From: Ignavibacteria bacterium
GTDB lineage: Bacteria; Bacteroidota; Ignavibacteria; Kapaibacteriales; Kapaibacteriaceae
Assembly: GCA_016191145.1 (NCBI GenBank)
Contig: JACPPD010000003.1
Span: forward strand, 352,778 to 416,777
DNA: 64,000 bases
Direction of reading: 5' to 3'
The translations under genes were made by a program, and so were the position numbers. Of the stretch, positions 31,689 through 40,501 are shown in pieces; position 1 is the stretch's first letter; each line of letters begins with the position of its first letter. Below the pieces are notes generated by a model. It had not been told where the DNA came from. It saw only the letters and a list, made by a program, of their open reading frames with translations, and searched no databases.

Positions 31689-32531
31689 TTACGGTCGAAC
31701 AATTGCCACAGCACACCACTCACCCTCTGTAAGTTTTTCCTCTATCGTACACTTTGAGTCGACGAACGGTTTGATTACATCTTCAAAGTCGTAGCTGAGA
31801 ATTCCTGAAACAATGATGACTCCGTAAGAATTCAAGGCCTGAATAAATGTGTTTGCAAAGGGGATTACAAGGTGTCGGTACAAATTCGCTGCAATACCGT
31901 CGCATTTGGGTAAAACCGAGTGTCCAAGCTCCTTCTGTTCTAGCTGGATGATCTCCTGACATCCATTTCGTTCAATGTTTTCTTTGGCATTGAGGATCGA
32001 CCATTCATCGTTGTCGAAAGCGTAAACGTTTGCTGCCCCAAGCTTCGCTGCAAGTATTGCCAGAACGCCGGTACCAGTGCCAACGTCAACCCACGTTGAG
32101 CTGGTGCGCACGTACCGTTCCATAAGCCGACACATCATTCGCGTGGTTGAGTGGTGGCCTGTTCCAAAGCTCATTTTAGGGCTAATGATGAGCTTGATGG
32201 GTGCGCTAACAGCATTACTTTTCCATTCAGGAACGATTACGATGTTTTCGTTTACGACGATGGGATTTATAGACGATTCCCATTCTGCATTCCAGTTCTG
32301 ATCTTCTTCAACTGTGGCCTTCACATAATTGGCATGAACGCCAATCGCTCGCAAATCCGTGATTATCGCGCTTTCGAACCCCTCGCTCCAATCTACTTGA
32401 TCAAAGCATGCTATTGCCATATCGGTTTTTAGCTCCACGCCTGTAATTGGATAGAGAGACAGCACTCCCATTGCAAGGTCAGATTCTTCTTCGGGAATCG
32501 ACATTGAGAAAAGCACATAACGTCTGGGCAT
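31689..32531 (-). CDS. prmA: Ribosomal protein L11 methyltransferase
   Basis: FGTGHHSTTRMMCRL...DVGTGTGVLAILAAKLGA (SAM-binding motif I), 280 aa. Confidence 0.8.
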   Translation of the reverse strand: MPRRYVLFSMSIPEEESDLAMGVLSLYPITGVELKTDMAIACFDQVDWSEGFESAIITDLRAIGVHANYVKATVEEDQNWNAEWESSINPIVVNENIVIVPEWKSNAVSAPIKLIISPKMSFGTGHHSTTRMMCRLMERYVRTSSTWVDVGTGTGVLAILAAKLGAANVYAFDNDEWSILNAKENIERNGCQEIIQLEQKELGHSVLPKCDGIAANLYRHLVIPFANTFIQALNSYGVIIVSGILSYDFEDVIKPFVDSKCTIEEKLTEGEWCAVAIVRP

Positions 32532-32584
32532 CTCAACCTTATCTTAGTTTCAGGTTGCTAAACTACGCTCACAAAGAGGTTGGT

Positions 32585-33100
32585 ATGGCTGTAAATGATC
32601 ACGGGTCCAAGATTACATTGTTAGTGATGGACGTCGATGGAACGTTAACGGATGGGGCGATGTACTACTCGGCTCAGGGAGAGTCGCTGAAGCGATTTTC
32701 CACGCGCGATGGAATGGCCATAACCCTGCTTAATCGTGCTGGAATTGAATCCGTTATTATGACTAGCGAGCAATCCGAGATTGCTGTAAAACGCGCAAAC
32801 AAGCTTGGTATCAAGGAGATCATTTTGGGAACGCACGATAAGTGTTCTTCAATCGTCGAGTTGGCCGCTCGGCGCAATATTCCGTTCGAGGCCATTGCGT
32901 ATATTGGCGACGACGTTAATGATGCACACGTTATGAAATTGTGCGGTCTTACTGCTTGTCCGTCGGACGCAGTTGAATCGATAAAGGAAATTGTTCATTA
33001 CGTCTGCAGTGCAAGTGGTGGCAATGGAGCTGTACGCGAATTCGCTGAATTAATTCTTCGTTCTCAACACAAACCGGTAACGTTGCCGGAGAAATGGTAA
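32585..33100 (+). CDS. kdsC: 3-deoxy-D-manno-octulosonate 8-phosphate phosphatase (HAD-IIIA)
   Basis: ITLLVMDVDGTLTDG (DxDGT HAD motif) and a KdsC-like length. The start is moved to MAVNDHG because the upstream part of the track ORF overlaps prmA. Confidence 0.75.
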   Translation: MAVNDHGSKITLLVMDVDGTLTDGAMYYSAQGESLKRFSTRDGMAITLLNRAGIESVIMTSEQSEIAVKRANKLGIKEIILGTHDKCSSIVELAARRNIPFEAIAYIGDDVNDAHVMKLCGLTACPSDAVESIKEIVHYVCSASGGNGAVREFAELILRSQHKPVTLPEKW

Positions 33101-33112
33101 AGGAGAGACGCC

Positions 33113-33517
33113 ATGAGTTCAGACCAGGGAGCTTACTCTAAAGGTTTTATGCTTGGCACGGTTGTTGGCGGGGCTGTTGGTGCATTGCTTGCACTGTTGT
33201 TCGCGCCTAAGAGCGGTAGGGATTTCCGACGCGACATCGCTGATAAGTCTGAAGAAATCGTTGATAAGGCGAGTGAATTTTTTAGTCAGACTGAACAACA
33301 ATCCGAAGATGTTGTAAACGAAGGAAAGATTCGTGCCGAGCGTATTGTTAATTCTGCAAGGGCAAAAGCTGAATCACTGTTGTCGAATGCCGAACAAGTT
33401 CTCCACGATGCACGCATTCGAGCCCAATCCATCAAGGAAGGTGTGCAATCAGGCGTCGCGAAGGTAGGGGATGCAGCCAAGGCCGGTGCAGAAGCATTCC
33501 GATCGGAGCTTGACTAA
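33113..33517 (+). CDS. YtxH-like protein
   Basis: N-terminal GFMLGTVVGGAVGALLALLFAPKSGRDFRRDI (YtxH signature), followed by a coiled-coil. Confidence 0.55.
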   Translation: MSSDQGAYSKGFMLGTVVGGAVGALLALLFAPKSGRDFRRDIADKSEEIVDKASEFFSQTEQQSEDVVNEGKIRAERIVNSARAKAESLLSNAEQVLHDARIRAQSIKEGVQSGVAKVGDAAKAGAEAFRSELD

Positions 33518-33521
33518 CGTC

Positions 33522-33932
33522 ATGGACAACACCCTTGTAATCTTTGGCTGCATTGCATTAGGCTCGTTAACGGTGTTGTGTGTAACACTGACGTTCGTGG
33601 CCGTTGGTGCACGAAAGGATTTGGGCAAGATGACGATTACAATGGAACAAGTCGGCAAGGACGTCGGCGAGTTGAAAGATCGTGCATTGCCGTTATTTGA
33701 CCAGACGAGTAATGTGTTAAAGATTACTGAAGTAACGCTTGAAAAATTGGACGATGATCTCGACCGGTTATCGCGCGGTGCACAACTGTTTGAGAGTGCA
33801 GCGCGGGAAGTGAAAAATTTGCAGACAATGGTTGTCGATAAGATTCGCGCTCCAATAAACGATATCACATCACTTTTCTCCGGAGCAATCCGGGGATTTT
33901 CGGAATTCACGAAAACCATTCTCGATAAATAA
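33522..33932 (+). CDS. DUF948-like membrane-anchored coiled-coil protein
   Basis: N-terminal TM (LVIFGCIALGSLTVLCVTLTFVAV) and a coiled-coil. YtxH/DUF948 pairs are a common arrangement. Start chosen at MDNT after the upstream stop. Confidence 0.5.
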   Translation: MDNTLVIFGCIALGSLTVLCVTLTFVAVGARKDLGKMTITMEQVGKDVGELKDRALPLFDQTSNVLKITEVTLEKLDDDLDRLSRGAQLFESAAREVKNLQTMVVDKIRAPINDITSLFSGAIRGFSEFTKTILDK

Positions 33933-33940
33933 TTGTAACG

Positions 33941-34873
33941 CTACTTTTTCAGCGTCGCTTCGAGATTTATACCATACCGTTCCACGAGAGCACGGACATC
34001 ATTATAATCCGAATCTGAGGCAGGTACAAAGCCTTCGATGCTTGCAATCGTCATTAAAGCCGTTCTTCCTTCAGACGTCGACTGAAACTTTAACAATGCG
34101 CCTATAACTGCTCTGCGGACCTTTTCATCAAGATTTTTTCGCACCACAACCGGATCATTCGGAATTGAATCCGTAAGCGCAATGATCTTAACTTTCTCAT
34201 ATACGTCGGGATATTGCGTTACAACCTTACACCGGGCATCGAGGATTTCACCCGTTAAAGCATCAGGCGGCGAGTAGAACACAGCTCCTGCATCAACATC
34301 ACCTTGATAAACTTTTGTAACAACTTGATTGTGCCCGTTTGCAAACATTTCCCGACTCGTTGTAATGCCCCTTTGCCTAAGCATTTCCTTAGGATAAATG
34401 TATCCAGAAGTTGACGATGGGTCAACATACGCAATGGTCCTACCGTTTAGCTGTGTAAGTGAGTCGATATCTCCGTCGGCGCGTACGATGAACTCGCCCT
34501 TGTACGTAAGCTCTCCATGCCTGCGCGCAACACGTAAGCGTGCTTCGGCGCCGTACTTTGAATGGGCAAGCAAATACGAGAATGTATTCATGATGGCAAC
34601 ATCGGCACGGCTGGTGCCAAGCGCTTCGACAACGGTGATGTAATAATTCGGAACATCAACGCGAACCTTATAACCGGTTTGCCACTCAATGTATGCTGCC
34701 AGGATTTCGCCGTTACGGATGATTGCTTGCGCATCAGTCGATGGCGTTAACATGATACGAACTGGATTATTCTCGCTTCCAAGCGAGCGATCTGCAAATA
34801 GCGGTCGCACCGACAGCCACGTCAGAACCAGCAGAGTTGCAGCGAGATAATACCGACCAATGCGCATGTTCAC
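33941..34873 (-). CDS. PhnD/SsuA-type ABC transporter periplasmic substrate-binding protein (phosphonate/phosphite-like)
   Basis: Signal peptide. The mature N-terminus ...NPVRIMLTPSTD and the overall pattern resemble PhnD-family binding proteins. Confidence 0.6.
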   Translation of the reverse strand: MNMRIGRYYLAATLLVLTWLSVRPLFADRSLGSENNPVRIMLTPSTDAQAIIRNGEILAAYIEWQTGYKVRVDVPNYYITVVEALGTSRADVAIMNTFSYLLAHSKYGAEARLRVARRHGELTYKGEFIVRADGDIDSLTQLNGRTIAYVDPSSTSGYIYPKEMLRQRGITTSREMFANGHNQVVTKVYQGDVDAGAVFYSPPDALTGEILDARCKVVTQYPDVYEKVKIIALTDSIPNDPVVVRKNLDEKVRRAVIGALLKFQSTSEGRTALMTIASIEGFVPASDSDYNDVRALVERYGINLEATLKK

Positions 34874-34893
34874 TACGTTGCCATCACAATTGG

Positions 34894-34901
34894 TATTTTT
34901 G
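34894..34901 (+). promoter_or_regulatory. Candidate -7 element TATTTTTG (TAnnTTTG) upstream of sucC
   Basis: The motif lies 23 nt upstream of the sucC ATG in the divergent phnD-like/sucC gap. It is a single motif with no clear -33 partner. Confidence 0.2.
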
Positions 34902-34923
34902 CCTCCTCATTCCAGAGGAAACC

Positions 34924-36204
34924 ATGAATATCCACGAATATCAGGCGAAAGAACTGCTCCATCAACATGGCGTACCCGTGCTTCCGGGACGTGCCGTGTT
35001 CAATGCAACCGATGCCGGCGCAGTTGCATTTGCAGACTTTGCTGTCCGCGGTGTTAAAACAATCGTCGTAAAAGCACAAATACATGCCGGCGGACGTGGA
35101 AAGGGGACAGTCCATGACCCGAAAACTAACGAGGCTGTTGTTGTTGCAGGCAAACCCCTGCGTGGTGTTACAGTAATTTCTGATGGTAACCTTGCTGATA
35201 AAGTCTATCACACAGCTCTTGGGCTACTGGGTAATAAACTTGTTACAGTACAGACAGGGGTCGAAGGTAAGACTGTTAATCGTGTTCTGATTGAAGAAGG
35301 ATGCAACATTGGTCACGAATATTACTGCTCCATCCTTCTCGACAGGCAAACCGGAAAAAATGTTATCATGATTTCTTCTGAAGGGGGCGTAGACATCGAG
35401 AAAGTTGCTGAGGAAACACCTGATAAGATTTTGAAAGAATACATAGATCCATCTGTTGATTTACAGCAATTCCAATTAAGAAGATTGGGTTTCCAGCTTG
35501 GATTAAGTGGCAGTAGTTTCAAAAGCTTTACATCGTTTATTAGCACTTTGTATCGGGCATATAAAGCAATGGATTGCAGTTTATTGGAGGTAAATCCATT
35601 AGTTAGCACTGCATCCGGGGAATTTATTGCACTCGACGCAAAGGTAAACTTCGACGACAATGCTTTGTACCGCCATCCTGAGTATCCAGAGCTGAGAGAT
35701 ATTTCGGAGGAAGACCCGCTAGAAGTTGAGGCTGGTAAGCACGACTTAAACTACATCAAACTTGATGGAAACGTTGGTTGTATGGTAAACGGTGCGGGCC
35801 TAGCAATGGCCACGATGGACATTATTCAGCTTGCCGGCGGTAAACCCGCAAATTTTCTCGATGTTGGTGGCGGAGCCGATGTTGATCGTATCGAGAATGC
35901 ATTTCGCATCATGATGAGCGACCCACATGTAAAGGCAGTTTTGATAAATATTTTTGGTGGTATTGTTCGCTGCGATCGAGTAGCCAATGGAATCTTGCAG
36001 GCGCTGAATCACGTTAGCGTTACAATGCCTGTTATTGTACGGCTCGACGGTACGAATGCCGTTGAAGCACGAGAAATTTTGCGTAAGTCGGGATTGAATT
36101 TCCTGGTTGCTGCTACAATGAAGGAAGCTGCTGACAAGGTTACCGAAGCACTGTTGGATAAGAAGATGGCGTCGGCAAGGAAATCTGCACCTGTTGTTGT
36201 TTGA
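34924..36204 (+). CDS. sucC: Succinyl-CoA synthetase beta subunit (ADP-forming)
   Basis: MNIHEYQAKELL...GVPV N-terminus, ATP-grasp, and the C-terminal CoA-ligase region GGIVRCD. The true start is the MNIHEYQ Met, not the track start at 34837. Confidence 0.9.
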   Translation: MNIHEYQAKELLHQHGVPVLPGRAVFNATDAGAVAFADFAVRGVKTIVVKAQIHAGGRGKGTVHDPKTNEAVVVAGKPLRGVTVISDGNLADKVYHTALGLLGNKLVTVQTGVEGKTVNRVLIEEGCNIGHEYYCSILLDRQTGKNVIMISSEGGVDIEKVAEETPDKILKEYIDPSVDLQQFQLRRLGFQLGLSGSSFKSFTSFISTLYRAYKAMDCSLLEVNPLVSTASGEFIALDAKVNFDDNALYRHPEYPELRDISEEDPLEVEAGKHDLNYIKLDGNVGCMVNGAGLAMATMDIIQLAGGKPANFLDVGGGADVDRIENAFRIMMSDPHVKAVLINIFGGIVRCDRVANGILQALNHVSVTMPVIVRLDGTNAVEAREILRKSGLNFLVAATMKEAADKVTEALLDKKMASARKSAPVVV

Positions 36205-36244
36205 ATTATAATCAGCATTATGTCAAGTCAATAAGGACTGAACA

Positions 36245-36862
36245 ATGAAATCTCTACCAAGGACCTTTGCAAGCGTTTCTCTCCTGATACTGGCTGCTGC
36301 TGTATCGAGGCTGATCCCTCATTGGCCAAACTTTACGCCGATCCTGGGGATGTCGCTGTTTGGCGGCTACATGCTGGGCAGAGGATGGAAGTCCTACATT
36401 GTTCCCCTTACAGCGTTGGCCATCAGCGACGTTGCCATGGGCATCATTTTAGGCTGGGACTATGCCTTTCATGCAACGCAGTGGATGGTGTATCTAACTG
36501 TTATCGCCATTACTTTCATTGGAGCAGCATTCCAACCTGGTCAAACCACACATCGTCTGTCCAGCGCACTGAAAATGACTTTTATTGGCGGAACAATAGC
36601 CGGAGTGTTGTTTTTCCTTACAACAAATTTTGCCGTCTGGATGTTAGGGGGCTTGTACCCGTTAACCCTCCAGGGGCTGTTGCAGTGCTATGCTGCAGGG
36701 CTTGCCTTTTATCGCGACGGTGGAAATTTCTTCCTGAATGGAATTGCAAGCACTTGGTTAACATTAGGGGCTTTGCTTGCTGTCCAATTCATCATTGAAA
36801 AAACTATCATTTCAAATCAGATTCTTTCTTTCGGAAATAAACATAAGCCATTTGCTCGGTGA
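36245..36862 (+). CDS. Polytopic membrane protein, putative ECF-transporter S-component-like (DUF6580-like)
   Basis: 205 aa, ~5-6 TM helices, small size. The family assignment is from memory and uncertain. Confidence 0.35.
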   Translation: MKSLPRTFASVSLLILAAAVSRLIPHWPNFTPILGMSLFGGYMLGRGWKSYIVPLTALAISDVAMGIILGWDYAFHATQWMVYLTVIAITFIGAAFQPGQTTHRLSSALKMTFIGGTIAGVLFFLTTNFAVWMLGGLYPLTLQGLLQCYAAGLAFYRDGGNFFLNGIASTWLTLGALLAVQFIIEKTIISNQILSFGNKHKPFAR

Positions 36863-38390
36863 ATTGCAGGTCATACAACCGTTCCAGTCTGGGATCCTGG
36901 TATATGGCTTCGTATTGCGACCTATGTTCGATTACTGTTTTTCTGGCATAATTTGGTTCTCTAAACAAAACTATAATGTCGGGTTTGTTTGAGAAGACGT
37001 ATTCTAAATCAAATCGGCGTCTGTGTTTAATATCGAGTGCTATCTTCTTATCCGTTAATCCGTTCAGATCAAGTATCCTTATGTGGGGATTAAGATATCC
37101 AAGCACACCAATGTCTCCGTGAGCTAATAGCTCGCCTGGTTTCGCATGCTCTTTAATCCACCCAGCTACAATGTAATGCAGGCTTACAACTCCCCCATCA
37201 ATTTCCCTGAATCCTGACGTAAGATTCACTGACTGGCCACGAAGAATTGCACGTGATGTTGTTACGAGTCCGGACCCGATAAAAACAACGCTGACAACGA
37301 TGGCTAAGCTCCCAAAAGCTCTGGGAAAGTCAATGGTAACCTTCCTTAAAATCGCGTCGAGGTTATACAGACAAACGATAATTATCAACGGAAGCATCGG
37401 AACCATCAGACGAAGACCTGGCATCCAATCCCCTCCCGCATAGGTAGCAAAAATTCCGCTAAATACTGCTAAACCAAGGAACAGCCAATACGGATTAGAG
37501 CGCATGGGCCTGCGAACCAGTGAAACAGGAAGTAGAATAAACATGGGACCCAGAAGACCTGCGAGAGACAGGAATACATATTTCAAGCCCTCCAGCAATG
37601 TTCCACCGCTTGTCCCGGTCTTCGCGTAAAATGTATTCGGAAGTATATCGGAGTACATGGAATATCGCACAGCAATAAAACCAACCATCAAAGCAGTGTA
37701 GGGTAAAACCCCAAAGAGAATTGTGCGTAGCTTGTTTTGAGAAATTAGTAATAAAAATGAGTAAATAAATCCAGCAAAAAATGGCGCCTCTGGTCGGCAT
37801 AACGCTGAAAAAAATAAGACGACAACCAAGATGGCATGATGCTTGCCCGGAAGATTACGCATGTTGTTATCGATACCCGGTACGCTTCCAATTAGCGGGC
37901 CAGCCAGGATGAGAGCAACAATCAGATAGAGAAACGTTGCTAACGTCATTTCCAATCCCGACACCGACCAAGCAATATAATTGGCATTCGTTGCCATTAA
38001 GAATACTGCAATGCTGCTGTAAAGCCCAACTTTCGGATTATCCTTGAAATATTTCCTGACTACAACATAGGTAAGGACAATCGATCCAATTCCAAACACT
38101 ATACTCAAAATCTTTGTTACCCAAAACATGAACAGTGGATCAGTGTTCGTTGGAATCAACGTCATTATACCGGCAAGTGCTAAAACCCATATTGGATCGG
38201 AGTAACCTTCTACATACTCACCAGCATTGTAAACCAACCCATTACCGTGAACCAGGTTTTCCGCATATCGCAGGGGAATGAAAACATCATCCACTGTAAA
38301 GTTGATCATGTCAATTATTAAAAACGGAAGGATTACTATGCTGAATACAAGCAGTACTTTTGCAAACAATTCTTGTCTTGATGTTACCAT
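36807..38390 (-). CDS. GT-C fold glycosyltransferase (ArnT/PMT, GT39/GT83-like)
   Basis: 527 aa, more than 10 TM segments. An N-terminal DD(V)xIPLRYAENL loop motif is typical of ArnT/PMT-type lipid-linked sugar transferases. Confidence 0.6.
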   Translation of the reverse strand: MVTSRQELFAKVLLVFSIVILPFLIIDMINFTVDDVFIPLRYAENLVHGNGLVYNAGEYVEGYSDPIWVLALAGIMTLIPTNTDPLFMFWVTKILSIVFGIGSIVLTYVVVRKYFKDNPKVGLYSSIAVFLMATNANYIAWSVSGLEMTLATFLYLIVALILAGPLIGSVPGIDNNMRNLPGKHHAILVVVLFFSALCRPEAPFFAGFIYSFLLLISQNKLRTILFGVLPYTALMVGFIAVRYSMYSDILPNTFYAKTGTSGGTLLEGLKYVFLSLAGLLGPMFILLPVSLVRRPMRSNPYWLFLGLAVFSGIFATYAGGDWMPGLRLMVPMLPLIIIVCLYNLDAILRKVTIDFPRAFGSLAIVVSVVFIGSGLVTTSRAILRGQSVNLTSGFREIDGGVVSLHYIVAGWIKEHAKPGELLAHGDIGVLGYLNPHIRILDLNGLTDKKIALDIKHRRRFDLEYVFSNKPDIIVLFREPNYARKTVIEHRSQYEAIYQDPRLERLYDLQFTEQMAYVYFRKKESDLK

Positions 38391-38436
38391 TGCTAATTTG
38401 ATGATTGACTAAATAAAGTGAAGGCACATTCCATGA

Positions 38437-39450
38437 TTAGTCCAGCTCAGTGATACCAGTCACTGTCGTGTATTTCATTACATGTTTCTTTTCCGGATGG
38501 AGCCGCTGGTACTCGTAGTTTAATGCCATAGCTGCCTCATGGAATCCACACAGGATGAGTTTTAATTTATTGGGATAATCTGCGATGTCCCCTACTGCAT
38601 AGATCCCCTCAACGGTCGTCATTAACGTTTGTGGGTTAACAAGTACAGCATTCTTCTCTATTTGCAAGCCCCATGTAGCAATAGGTCCTAATTTTGGTGA
38701 TAATCCGAACATCGGTAAATAGTAATCGGCATTGAGTTCTTCTGCGTTGCCATTTGCATAGGTGATTGTAACACCTTTCAGGATTCCGTTTCCATGCAGG
38801 TTTGTCACCTGTCCGTCTGTTAATAGATGGATTTTATTGTTCTCAGCTAGTTGCTGAGCTTTTGCCACGGAGTCTGGCGCAGCCTTAAACGATTTACTTC
38901 GGTGTACGAGCGTTACATCGGCCGCGATGTCAGCCAAGAGTATTGTCCAGTCAAGAGCGCTGTCTCCACCGCCCCCTATCACAACCTTCTTACCACGGTA
39001 CAGTTCAGGGTCCTTGATGATATACTCAACACCGTGATCTTCAAAATCGATAATATTTTCAATCGCAGGTTTACGAGGTTCAAAACAGCCAAGCCCACCA
39101 GCCAGAACAACGGTCTTGCCAACAATGACAGTTCCTGCCGACGTTGTGAGCTTAAACGATCCATCCTCCAATTTTTCAAGAGCTTCTGCGCGTTCACCTA
39201 AAGTGAATTTTGGATGAAATGGTTCGATTTGCCTGAGAAGGTTTGAAACCAGTTCTCCTGCAAGAATAGTTGGATGGCCAGGAATGTCGTAGATCGGTTT
39301 TTTCGGATAAATTTCCGCACACTGTCCACCCGGCATGGGCAGGTAATCAATGAGGTGCGTGTGCCATTTAAGCAGTCCTGCCTCGAAAGCCGCAAAGAGG
39401 CCGCATGGTCCGGCTCCGATAACTATGACGTCGGTAGTGTGATACTGCAT
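38437..39450 (-). CDS. Thioredoxin-reductase-type ferredoxin--NADP+ reductase (YumC-like)
   Basis: VIVIGAGPCGLFAAFEAG (FAD GxGxxG), a second IGGGDSALDW (NAD(P)), and a C-terminal HPEKKHVMKYTT. The start is chosen at MQYHTT; the track ORF extends to 39501 and overlaps the upstream gene. Confidence 0.7.
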   Translation of the reverse strand: MQYHTTDVIVIGAGPCGLFAAFEAGLLKWHTHLIDYLPMPGGQCAEIYPKKPIYDIPGHPTILAGELVSNLLRQIEPFHPKFTLGERAEALEKLEDGSFKLTTSAGTVIVGKTVVLAGGLGCFEPRKPAIENIIDFEDHGVEYIIKDPELYRGKKVVIGGGGDSALDWTILLADIAADVTLVHRSKSFKAAPDSVAKAQQLAENNKIHLLTDGQVTNLHGNGILKGVTITYANGNAEELNADYYLPMFGLSPKLGPIATWGLQIEKNAVLVNPQTLMTTVEGIYAVGDIADYPNKLKLILCGFHEAAMALNYEYQRLHPEKKHVMKYTTVTGITELD

Positions 39451-39481
39451 GAAGTGGTTGGACAAACTGTAAGCAACGAAA

Positions 39482-40501
39482 TTACGCTTCTCGGCTAACA
39501 TTGCGCAGACGCATTCCTCTCTTCATCTCGATGAGGAAACATAAGCTGCCGACAAGAAATGCTGTTCCATAATTGAGTACCCAAGCAATAACGCCAAACA
39601 CAAAGCCTTCATTCGGAGTGGCTCCGTAGAGCCGGATAAGGGCTGTCTGAGCAAAACCCTGATAGATTCCGAGAGCGCCTGGTGTGGGAGCTATTGTAAC
39701 ACCTACCGAGGTGATTAGCAACAAGACTCCCCCATCCAGGAGCGTAAATGCATGCTCATTCCACGGCATGGCAAGAAGAGCAGCAAAGAGTGGAATTGCA
39801 TACAGCGTCCACATAATAACAGAGTCTGAAGCAATCAGCAGCCATGTTCTCACCGATCTTACTGCCTGCATTCCGATCTTTACCTCGTTAAGAAACCTTT
39901 GTATCACACCCGCTGCCTTGCTGGAAATTGGCCGCATAAATGCGTCGACTATTCTTGGACCAACTCCGGAAAATGCTATGGTACCGATAACAACAGAAAT
40001 GCTCACGAGAGGAATCGCAATGGAAAGAATAATTCTTGTAGTTGAGATACCTGGAAATGCAACAGAAATCAGGTCACTTCTGACGATAATGAGCAGAGCG
40101 ATTCCAAGGAAGAGCGACATGACGTCGATGATGCGCTCGAGGACAACACTGCTGAGCACGGTTGGGAATCTGATGCCTGTTCGCTGCGCCAGAACGTACG
40201 GCCGAAGGACTTCGCCGCTACGGGGAATTATCATGCTGGCAGCATAGCCAATGAGTATTGATGAGAATCCGGCAGCGATGCCAGGTGTGTTGGGAAGATG
40301 CCGCAGTAGCCGACGCCAGCGAATTGTACGGACAACATGCGAGAGCAGGACAAATGGTATACCAGCTATTAGAAATCGAATGTCAACGTGGTTGAGAATA
40401 GACCCGACAACATTGATATCAATTGTTGTCGAGAGCCACCACAGAGCAACCGTTAAAACCATGAGTGCAACCGTCAGCCTCAGCAACGGATGACGGTTCA
40501 T
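39482..40501 (-). CDS. UPF0104/LPG-synthase-TM family membrane protein
   Basis: 339 aa, ~8 TM helices, architecture of the TIGR00374 family. The start overlaps the uvrA stop by 4 nt. Confidence 0.5.
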   Translation of the reverse strand: MNRHPLLRLTVALMVLTVALWWLSTTIDINVVGSILNHVDIRFLIAGIPFVLLSHVVRTIRWRRLLRHLPNTPGIAAGFSSILIGYAASMIIPRSGEVLRPYVLAQRTGIRFPTVLSSVVLERIIDVMSLFLGIALLIIVRSDLISVAFPGISTTRIILSIAIPLVSISVVIGTIAFSGVGPRIVDAFMRPISSKAAGVIQRFLNEVKIGMQAVRSVRTWLLIASDSVIMWTLYAIPLFAALLAMPWNEHAFTLLDGGVLLLITSVGVTIAPTPGALGIYQGFAQTALIRLYGATPNEGFVFGVIAWVLNYGTAFLVGSLCFLIEMKRGMRLRNVSREA

